A DNA stretch of 16,671 nt from Bacteroides sp. (GTDB lineage Bacteria > Bacteroidota > Bacteroidia > G022818785). Under the pieces are notes generated by a model, which worked only from the letters and a program-made list of their open reading frames with translations, ran no database searches and was not told where the DNA came from. The stretch is taken from positions 378,928 to 395,598 of the forward strand of contig CP063811.1 of the NCBI GenBank assembly GCA_022818785.1. The letters are read 5' to 3'. The translations under genes were made by a program, and so were the position numbers. Positions 9,023 to 16,671 of this stretch are shown in pieces; position 1 is the stretch's first letter; each line of letters begins with the position of its first letter.

Positions 9023-10216
9023 ATGAATTTACATGAATATCAAGCAAAAAATATTTTAAAACAATTTAAAATACCTGTACAAAAAGGATTTATAATCAAT
9101 GATATTAAACATATATCAGATGAATTTGATAAATTTACAAAAAATAATAATATAAATTATTATGTAGTAAAAGCACAAATACATTCTGGAGGAAGAGGAA
9201 AAGCTGGCGGCATTAAACTAGCAAAATCTTATGAAGATATTGTAAAATATGCTAAAAAAATATTAGGTAGTTATTTAGTAACTAAACAAACCGATCATGA
9301 AGGGAAAAAAGTTAATAAAATACTCATATCAGAAGATATATATTGGAATAGCACATTTATACAAGAATGTTATATAAGCATTACATTAGATCGTGAAAAA
9401 GAATCTAATGTTATCATTTATTCACCAGAAGGAGGTATGGAAATAGAAGAAATTGCAAATAAATATCCTAATCAAATACATAAAATCAACATTGATCCTC
9501 AAATAGGAATAACCGATTTTCATGCCAGAAAAATTGCATCTAACTTAAATACTCCTAAATATTTATTAAAAGACACAATTAATTTAATTAAACAGCTATA
9601 TTATGCATATAATACAATAGATGCAAATTTGATAGAAATTAATCCTTTACTTTTTACTAGTCATGGTGTATATGCTGTAGATGCTAAAATAACTCTTGAT
9701 GATAATGCTTTATATAGACATAAAGAATATGTTAGTTTAAGAGATATTGAAGAAGAAAATAAAAATGAAATTGAAGCTCGTATAAATTATCTTAATTATA
9801 TACAATTAAATGGTAATGTAGGATGTATGATCAATGGCGCAGGTTTAGCAATGGCCACTATGGATATGATTAAATTATCTGGACATAATCCAGCTAATTT
9901 TTTAGATATAGGAGGATCTGCTAATAGTTTAAAAGTAAGAAAAGCATTAGAAATAATATCTAGAGATGATAATGTAAAAGTTATATTAATAAATATATTT
10001 GGAGGTATAGTTAGATGTGATGAAGTATCAAAAGGTATAATAGATGCCTACAATAATAATTTTATAAAAAAAGAAATATCAATTGTAATACGAATGCAGG
10101 GAACTAATAGTAGTATAGCAAAAAGCATAATAAAAGAGTCTAATGTTAATCAATTATGTCATTTTACTAATGATTTAAAAAGTGCAATAAAAATGGTTAA
10201 TACTATTTTATCTTAA
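9023..10216 (+). CDS. sucC: Succinate--CoA ligase [ADP-forming] subunit beta
   Basis: MNLHEYQAK, VVKAQIHSGGRGKAGGIK, EGGMEIEE, EINPL, DAKITLDDNALYRH, GCMINGAGLAMATMD, PANFLDIGG, NIFGGIVRCD. Confidence 0.98.
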   Translation: MNLHEYQAKNILKQFKIPVQKGFIINDIKHISDEFDKFTKNNNINYYVVKAQIHSGGRGKAGGIKLAKSYEDIVKYAKKILGSYLVTKQTDHEGKKVNKILISEDIYWNSTFIQECYISITLDREKESNVIIYSPEGGMEIEEIANKYPNQIHKINIDPQIGITDFHARKIASNLNTPKYLLKDTINLIKQLYYAYNTIDANLIEINPLLFTSHGVYAVDAKITLDDNALYRHKEYVSLRDIEEENKNEIEARINYLNYIQLNGNVGCMINGAGLAMATMDMIKLSGHNPANFLDIGGSANSLKVRKALEIISRDDNVKVILINIFGGIVRCDEVSKGIIDAYNNNFIKKEISIVIRMQGTNSSIAKSIIKESNVNQLCHFTNDLKSAIKMVNTILS

Positions 10217-12000
10217 TAAAAGTGGATTGTATTTTACAAATGCCTCTATACTTTTATAAAAAGTTACACCCATAATTTTATTATATGATTGGGCATTTAT
10301 TTGATTTCTTTCTTCAGCTCTTTGCCAAAACTCCCTTTTATCACTTCCAGGAAATACTACTCCATCTTTTTGAGATTCATGTCGTAATATTCCATATTTT
10401 TTTTTTTAATTTCTTCATTATTCATTGATATAGCCATATCAACATCATATATATTCCATTCATCCCAAGCTCCTTTATATAGCCATATAAGACAATTATC
10501 AATATCATTCGATAATTTATTAGATTTTATTATATTAATGGCTTCAATAATAGATTGAAAACATTTTTTATGGGTACCATGAGGATCTAACCAATCTCCA
10601 GCAGAATATATTTGTGCAGGATTTATTTTTAATATAATATTTACTATAGTCATAAAATCTGCATATGATAAATCTTTTTTTTTGATATAACCTGTTTCAT
10701 AAAATGGCATATCTAAAAAATGTATATTTGCATTTTTTATTCCAATTAATCTGCAAGTAGATTTTGCCTCATTTCTTCTAATAATACCTTTTATTTTACG
10801 TATAATAGTTAAATCTTTATCGCCTTTATTTTTTAATTTAAAAAAATTATTAATGGTACAATTTATGTTCGTCATAAAGCTGTCACTATAATTCAATAAC
10901 TCTGAATATGATTTTATACTGTCTAAATACTTTAAAACATATTCATCGCTTACTGCTATATTACCTGAAGTTTGATATACTATATTAACATTATATCCCA
11001 TATTATGCAGTCTTATAATTGTTCCTCCCATTGAAATAATATCATCATCTGGATGTGGACTAAAAACTATAATATTTTTAGATTTATTATTTTCATTAAC
11101 CCCTGGATCATCAACAATAGTTTTTTTAAAAATATTTAAAAAATAATTATTTGCATTTTTTATTGATTTAAAATTACCAATTATCGATGGATTTAATTGA
11201 TAATCTTTTAGCGTAAATTTAGAAATAGGCTTGTCATTTTTTATTGATATATTATATATAGTTTTCTTTATACTATCTTTCGAGATGCTTAATAATGATT
11301 CTTTGCTGTTATTCCATTTATTGTAATAATTATTATGATAAGTATAATATTCTATATTAGGATGATTTATTAAGCTATTATTATTTATACTTATAATATG
11401 CGAAGATTTTAAAATTGTATTTAATCCTATAGACCAAATATTTTTATATACTATGTCTTTATATATATAATTAGAAAATATTCTTTCTATATCTTTTTCA
11501 GATAAATCAATTATTCCAGTGCAATAATTAATATTTTTAATATATATAATATTATTTAATGGTTCTTTTAAAATTATTAAATCAAAATTGCCTAATTGTT
11601 GTATTTTATTATCATAATCTTTAAACGATTTTTCAATATCATTTTTACGGTTAAATTCCATATTATAGAAATTTTCAATAGGGAAATTTATTTTTTTTAA
11701 AAAAAATTCTGATAAATAATGATAAGTACTGTATATATTATTATTATTTATTGGATAAAAATCAGATATATTAAATATATAAATATTTTTTAATATATTT
11801 TTTAAGTTTGATAATTCTAAAATCAAATCTTGATATATAAGATTTATATTATAGTCAGATATCATTCCAATAGTAACATATCCTTTTTTTGTAATATTAT
11901 ATCTAATAATAGATATTATTTTTTTAGATATTTTAAAACTTGTTTGTTTGATGTTATTAAATTTTAACTCATCTATAAAATTATATACTTTATCTATCAT
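10208..12000 (-). CDS. nagB: Frameshifted glucosamine-6-phosphate deaminase-like (NagB) / PIG-L-family deacetylase fusion; 547 aa as written, 597 aa if one A is added at 10397-10407 (pseudogene or slippage-rescued gene)
   Basis: PIG-L motifs FSPHPDDDIISMGGT (FSPHPDDD at 11041-11064), YQTSGNIAV, FLDMPFYETG, AGDWLDPHGTH, WLYKGAWDEW. After the A11 tract the alternative frame 10396-10208 reads YGILRHESQKDGVVFPGSDKREFWQRAEERN..IEAFVKYNPLLLR*, the conserved family C-terminus. The N-terminal NagB domain is highly eroded. Confidence 0.9.
10397..10407 (-). repeat. A11 homopolymer (T11 on +) at the nagB/PIG-L frameshift site
   Basis: Counted directly: 11 consecutive T at 10397-10407; the longest homopolymer I found in the window by eye. 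Confidence 0.9.
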
Positions 12001-12007
12001 ATATTTT

Positions 12008-12949
12008 TTATTTTTTGCAATCAGATAATAAATTTAATGCTGAATTAACAATAGACTGATAATCAATCTTATACTTTTGCATTAAAAGATATGGATCACC
12101 ACTTTCTCCAAACATATCGTTAATAGATATACTTTTCATTTTTGTAGGCATATAAATAGATAATAATTGAGCAATACTGTCTCCTAATCCACCATTAATT
12201 TGATGTTCTTCTGCTACAACTACAGCTCTAGTACTTGCTATTGAATCAAGTATAGTGTCTTTATCTAAAGGTTTTATAGTATGTACATTTATTATTTCAG
12301 CGTCAATACCTTTTTTTAATAAAAAATCGCTTGCAATTATTGATTCCCATACTAGATGACCGGTTGCTATAATAGTAATGTCCCTACCTCTTTTCATAAC
12401 GACAGATTTTCCTATTTCGAAAGTATCATTTTTAGATGTGAATACAGGTAATTTAGGCCTTCCAAATCTAAGATATACAGGACCATAATGATTAGCAATA
12501 GCAATTGTAGCTGCTCTAGTTTGATTATAGTCACAAGGACATATTACAGTCATATTAGGCAACATTTTCATTAATCCTATATCTTCCAAAATTTGATGAG
12601 TAGCTCCATCTTCACCTAATGTAAGACCAGCATGAGATGCACATATTTTTACATTTTTATTTGAATATGCTATAGATTGTCTTATTTGATCGTAAACTCT
12701 ACCTGTAGTAAAATTCGCAAAACTACCTGTATATGGTATTTTCCCTCCTATTGTCATACCTGCAGCAATTCCAATCATATTGGCCTCAGCTATACCAACC
12801 TGAAAAAATCGATCAGGGCAGTGATTTCTAAAAGCTTCCATTTTCATAGATTTTGTTAAATCTGCACATAAGGCAACTACATTTCCCATTTGTTTTCCTA
12901 ATTCTAGTAGTCCATCTCCAAACCCTGAACGTGTATCTTTTTTTTCCAT
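12008..12949 (-). CDS. Transketolase, C-terminal subunit (pyrimidine-binding + C-terminal domains)
   Basis: VALCADL, FQVGIAEANMIGIAAG, HAGLTLGEDGATHQ, PVYLRFGRP, IIATGHLV, EEHQINGGLG. Confidence 0.95.
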   Translation of the reverse strand: MEKKDTRSGFGDGLLELGKQMGNVVALCADLTKSMKMEAFRNHCPDRFFQVGIAEANMIGIAAGMTIGGKIPYTGSFANFTTGRVYDQIRQSIAYSNKNVKICASHAGLTLGEDGATHQILEDIGLMKMLPNMTVICPCDYNQTRAATIAIANHYGPVYLRFGRPKLPVFTSKNDTFEIGKSVVMKRGRDITIIATGHLVWESIIASDFLLKKGIDAEIINVHTIKPLDKDTILDSIASTRAVVVAEEHQINGGLGDSIAQLLSIYMPTKMKSISINDMFGESGDPYLLMQKYKIDYQSIVNSALNLLSDCKK

Positions 12950-12961
12950 TTTAATACAAAA

Positions 12962-13810
12962 TTAATAATCTTTCAAATCTGTTTTTAATTGATTTAATGC
13001 TTTTTTGATTTGAATTTCATTTAATGACATTCCATGCCAATTATGATCATCAACCATAAAGTCAACACCATATCCCATTTGTGTTTTTAATAAAATTACA
13101 ATTGGTTTATTATTGCCTAATAAAGATTTTGCATATTTAACACCTATAATGATGTTTTCGATATTATTGCCTTTATAAATTTCAACTACATTCCATCCGA
13201 AAGATTGCCATTTATAATATAAATTTTCTAAAGAAATTATATCATCAACATTACCATCTATCTGTTTACCATTACAATCTATAATAGAAATTATGTTATC
13301 TATTTTATAATGTGCAGCAAACATTGCAGCTTCCCAAATTTGTCCTTCTTGCAATTCTCCATCTCCAAGCATAATATATATGATTTTTTTATCATTATTA
13401 ATTTTTTTTGATAATGCTGCTCCTAAAGCTACTGAAAGTCCCTGCCCTAATGATCCAGATGAAATTCTAATTCCAGGTAATTCCTCAGCATTAGTAGGAT
13501 GCCCTTGTAAGCGTGAATTAATCTTTCTAAATGTTTTTAATTCTTCTAATGGGAAATATCCACATCTTGCTAAGACACTATACCACAATGAAGAAATATG
13601 TCCATTTGATAAAAAAAATATATCTTCATTAATGCCATCAATGGAAAACTTATTACTGTGATTCATTATATGAAAATATAACACAACTAACATATCAGTA
13701 GCACTCAAAGATCCTCCAGGATGACCTGATTTTGCATAATATATCATACGCAAAACATCTCTTCTAACTTGAATAGAAATATTTTCTAATTTTTTGATTA
13801 ATTTAAACAT
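12962..13810 (-). CDS. Transketolase, N-terminal (TPP-binding) subunit
   Basis: SGHPGGSLS, LSNGH, LQGHP, SSGSLGQGLS, TPP motif GDGELQEGQIWEA..IIDCN, NWHG; adjacent to the C-terminal subunit gene. Confidence 0.95.
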   Translation of the reverse strand: MFKLIKKLENISIQVRRDVLRMIYYAKSGHPGGSLSATDMLVVLYFHIMNHSNKFSIDGINEDIFFLSNGHISSLWYSVLARCGYFPLEELKTFRKINSRLQGHPTNAEELPGIRISSGSLGQGLSVALGAALSKKINNDKKIIYIMLGDGELQEGQIWEAAMFAAHYKIDNIISIIDCNGKQIDGNVDDIISLENLYYKWQSFGWNVVEIYKGNNIENIIIGVKYAKSLLGNNKPIVILLKTQMGYGVDFMVDDHNWHGMSLNEIQIKKALNQLKTDLKDY

Positions 13811-13858
13811 TTTAAAATTAATTATTTATTTAAAATATAATGTTTTAAAATTAAAAAA

Positions 13859-15334
13859 TTAATTATTTTTATCTCTCATATGGGGAAATAATAAAACTTC
13901 TTGAATAGAATTTTGATTTGTAAAAATCATAATTAATCTATCTATACCTATCCCTAATCCTGATGTTGGAGGCATACCATATTCCATAGCATTTAAAAAA
14001 TCTTCATCTAAGATATTTTCAGAATTTTCATTTTCAATTAACTGTTTTTCGAGTTTATTTCTTTGTTCTATTGGATTATTTTCTTCAGAATACGCATTTG
14101 CTATTTCTTTACCATTAATAAATAATTCAAATCTTTCTACTAAAGAACTATTATTTCTATGTTTTTTTGCTAATGGTGTACTTTGATATGGATAATCAAT
14201 TATAAAAGTTGGATCTATTAATTTAGGTTGTACTTTTTTGTCAAAAATATCTAAAGCAATATCTACTCTATTACCACTTGTAATACCGATGTTGTTATTA
14301 TTACAATAAATTTTTATATCTTCATATGAAGAGTTAATCATATCAATTTTACATATATTTTTAATTGCATCATAAAAAGTTAACTTTGTATATGGTTTTT
14401 TAAAATTTATATTGCATTTTTCTAATTTAATATTAGAATTATCATATATTAAACATGATATTTTTAATAATAATTTTTCTACTAATTCCATCATCCAAAT
14501 ATAATCTTTATAAGCTACATATAATTCTAAAGAAGTAAATTCTGGATTATGTGTACTATCCATGCCTTCATTTCTAAACATTTTACTTATTTCATAAACT
14601 CCCTCAAAACCTCCTACAATTAATTTTTTTAGATATAATTCGTTAGATATTCTTAAATAAAATTTTTTATTTAAGGCATTATGATATGTATAAAAAGGTT
14701 TTGCATTAGCCCCTCCATATATATTTTGTAATATTGGAGTTTCAACTTCTAGCCATTTATTATCATCAAAAAAAGACCTTATAATTTTTATAATAATTGA
14801 TCTGATATAAAAAATATTTTTTATTTTATCATTTACAATTAAATCCACATATCTATTTCTATATCTTAACTCCTTATTATTAAATTCATCATATATATTT
14901 CCTTTAGAGTCTTTTTTAACAATTGGCAAATCTTTTAATGATTTACTTAATAGTTTAATATTTTTAACATTAATTGTTATTTCATTAGTTTTAGTTAGAA
15001 AAACTACTCCTTGAACTCCAATTATATCACCTATATCTAATAATTTTTTAATTAATAAATCATATTGGCATGAATCATTTATATTATATTTATTAATATA
15101 TAATTGAATCTTTCCTGTATGATCCATTATTGTTATAAACATGGTTTTTCCCATAACTCTTTTACCCATTATTCTACCAGCAATAGTTATATTATTTTGA
15201 CTATCAAATTTGATGTAATTTGTTATTATAAAATTAATATAATGTGTGATTTTATATTGTTCAGGTGGATATGGATCAATATTTAATTTTAAAATATTTT
15301 TTAAATTATTAATTCTATTAGTATTTGAATTCAT
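13859..15334 (-). CDS. lysS: Lysine--tRNA ligase (class II)
   Basis: OB-fold IAGRIMGKRVMGK, RYRNRYVDLI, LEVETPIL, GGANAKPF.T.HNAL, YLRISNELYLKKL, motif 2 FRNEGMDSTHNPEFT, ERFELF..G.EIANAYSE, motif 3 YGMPPTSGLGIGIDRL. Confidence 0.98.
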   Translation of the reverse strand: MNSNTNRINNLKNILKLNIDPYPPEQYKITHYINFIITNYIKFDSQNNITIAGRIMGKRVMGKTMFITIMDHTGKIQLYINKYNINDSCQYDLLIKKLLDIGDIIGVQGVVFLTKTNEITINVKNIKLLSKSLKDLPIVKKDSKGNIYDEFNNKELRYRNRYVDLIVNDKIKNIFYIRSIIIKIIRSFFDDNKWLEVETPILQNIYGGANAKPFYTYHNALNKKFYLRISNELYLKKLIVGGFEGVYEISKMFRNEGMDSTHNPEFTSLELYVAYKDYIWMMELVEKLLLKISCLIYDNSNIKLEKCNINFKKPYTKLTFYDAIKNICKIDMINSSYEDIKIYCNNNNIGITSGNRVDIALDIFDKKVQPKLIDPTFIIDYPYQSTPLAKKHRNNSSLVERFELFINGKEIANAYSEENNPIEQRNKLEKQLIENENSENILDEDFLNAMEYGMPPTSGLGIGIDRLIMIFTNQNSIQEVLLFPHMRDKNN

Positions 15335-15337
15335 TTA

Positions 15338-16333
15338 TTATAAATTTTTTACTCCAATAATATTTCTAATTTCTTTTATATTTTTACTAGCACTTTTGCG
15401 TGCTTGATAAGCACCTTCTTTTATTATATCTATGATATATTTCTTATTATTAATTAGTTCATTTGTTTTGTATTGTATATTTTTAATTCTATTGTATATA
15501 TCTTTTGATAATTGAATTTTCATATCATAATATGATATACAATTATTTTTATATGAATCCATAAAATATAAGTATGTTGATTTATGAGAAAACAATTTCA
15601 TTAAATTAAATAAATTATTAATTGAAGCACAATTATAATTATTAACTTCACATTTTGTTTTATTACTATTAGTAACTACTTTTTTTATTTTATTTTCTAT
15701 AGTTATATAATCATCAGATAAATAAATGGTATACTTAGAATTTAAAGATTTTCCCATTTTATTAATTCCATCTAAAGATAAAATATAAGGAACATTGTTA
15801 TTAATATACATATTAGGAATTTTAAAAAAATCAGTATTATATTTTGCATTAAATCTACGTGCTATCTTTCTTGTTATTTCTAAATTTTGTCTTTGATCTT
15901 TACCTATAAGAACATAGTCAGCATTCTGTAAGAGAATGTCTGATGCCATTAAAATTGGATATGTATATGTAGCTAAATTAGCTTTTTTATTATTAATTAA
16001 ATTTTCTTTAAAAGTTTTTATTTTGTTTAATTCATTTAAAGAAGAATTTATATTTAAATAATAATAGAGTTCAAATACATCTTTTAAAGATGATTGTAAA
16101 TATATATTAATTAGCTTAGGATCTAAACCTATTGATAGATATTGAGCTGTAATTTTAATGATATTTTGATTTATTATTAAACTTGATTTATTATTATTTA
16201 AAGAATGTATATTTGCTATAAAACAATAACATTTATATTTATTTTGTAATATTTTTATTGTATTTAAAATTCCAAAATAGTGTCCAATATGTAAATTACC
16301 ATTAGGACGTATTCCACTTACTAAAGTTTTCAT
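15338..16333 (-). CDS. trpS: Tryptophan--tRNA ligase
   Basis: SGIRPNGNLHIGH (HIGH), YPILMASDIL, GKDQRQNLE, KMGKS (KMSKS variant); 331 aa. Confidence 0.95.
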   Translation of the reverse strand: MKTLVSGIRPNGNLHIGHYFGILNTIKILQNKYKCYCFIANIHSLNNNKSSLIINQNIIKITAQYLSIGLDPKLINIYLQSSLKDVFELYYYLNINSSLNELNKIKTFKENLINNKKANLATYTYPILMASDILLQNADYVLIGKDQRQNLEITRKIARRFNAKYNTDFFKIPNMYINNNVPYILSLDGINKMGKSLNSKYTIYLSDDYITIENKIKKVVTNSNKTKCEVNNYNCASINNLFNLMKLFSHKSTYLYFMDSYKNNCISYYDMKIQLSKDIYNRIKNIQYKTNELINNKKYIIDIIKEGAYQARKSASKNIKEIRNIIGVKNL

Positions 16334-16363
16334 AATTAATATTTTAATAATCTATAAAAATCT

Positions 16364-16371
16364 TATTTTTG
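16364..16371 (+). promoter_or_regulatory. Possible Bacteroidota housekeeping -7 promoter element (TAnnTTTG) for plsC
   Basis: TATTTTTG exactly matches TAnnTTTG and ends 5 nt before the ATG at 16377. No clear -33 TTTG, and chance matches are common at this AT content. Confidence 0.3.
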
Positions 16372-16376
16372 AATAT

Positions 16377-16671
16377 ATGAAATATATACTAAGATATATC
16401 CATTATTGTTGGATAATTATATTGATATTATTTATATCATTTTTGACATACCCATTGATGATTTTCTTCAAAAATAGAAATAAATATATTTCATTAAATA
16501 TTTTGAGAAGAAAATTAGCAAAAATTATCTTAAAATTAGCATTTATAAGTATAAATATAAAATACATTAAATTTTTTGATAAAAAAAAGACATATATATA
16601 TTGTGCCAATCATACTTCTTATCTTGATATATTAATATTATTAATAATTACTAATGGAAAAGTTTTTTTTT
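16377..16671 (+). CDS. plsC: 1-acyl-sn-glycerol-3-phosphate acyltransferase / lysophospholipid acyltransferase (3'-partial; not in the ORF track)
   Basis: Manual translation from ATG 16377, open to the window end: MKYILRYIHYCWIIILILFISFLTYPLMIFF..LNILRRK..KTYIYCANHTSYLDILILL..GKVFF; catalytic NHxxxxD motif from 16608 and an N-terminal hydrophobic helix; divergent from trpS. Confidence 0.9.
   Translation, partial: MKYILRYIHYCWIIILILFISFLTYPLMIFFKNRNKYISLNILRRKLAKIILKLAFISINIKYIKFFDKKKTYIYCANHTSYLDILILLIITNGKVFF

Noticed and set aside
11690-11707. A-T8-A8-T palindrome inside nagB
   Set aside because: Low-complexity, in-frame coding sequence (FFLKKI); expected by chance at this AT content.
12008-13810. 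Split transketolase as a sign of gene decay
   Set aside because: Two-subunit transketolases are common in Bacteroidota; each half has its own start codon and intact motifs.
12677-15286. Short plus-strand ORFs 12677..12859, 13380..13661 and 15104..15286
   Set aside because: Antisense shadows of the transketolase genes and lysS; no recognisable domains.
16403-16609. 68-aa minus-strand ORF from the track
   Set aside because: Antisense to plsC, which carries a clear catalytic motif on the + strand.
1-16671. CRISPR arrays, tRNA/rRNA, IS elements, prophage or defence systems
   Set aside because: No spaced direct repeats, cloverleafs, GC-rich RNA islands or mobile-element genes seen; nearly all bases are explained by housekeeping CDSs.

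Overview
Very AT-rich (roughly 20-25% GC by eye), gene-dense housekeeping region that looks like a reduced-genome Bacteroidota endosymbiont. Several proteins resemble Sphingobacteriaceae rather than the familiar flavobacterial insect symbionts (inference from recalled family signatures, not from a search). Gene order: secA (5'-partial, +), degenerate SPOR-domain protein (+), carB (-), dnaK (+), DEDDh exonuclease (-), sucC (+), then a minus-strand run trpS-lysS-transketolase N-transketolase C-nagB/PIG-L fusion, and a 3'-partial plsC (+) missing from the ORF track. I found no rRNA, tRNA, CRISPR, mobile element or defence system, and no clearly new multi-gene system. Main observations: (1) the nagB/PIG-L fusion is broken by a 1-nt frameshift in an A11 tract, yet its conserved C-terminus is intact in the other frame (transcriptional-slippage candidate or sequencing error); (2) its deaminase domain looks dead while the deacetylase domain is preserved; (3) a sigma54-type promoter and a palindromic upstream site precede dnaK; (4) a perfect 30-bp palindrome lies between dnaK and the exonuclease gene; (5) the possible non-flavobacterial origin of the genome.
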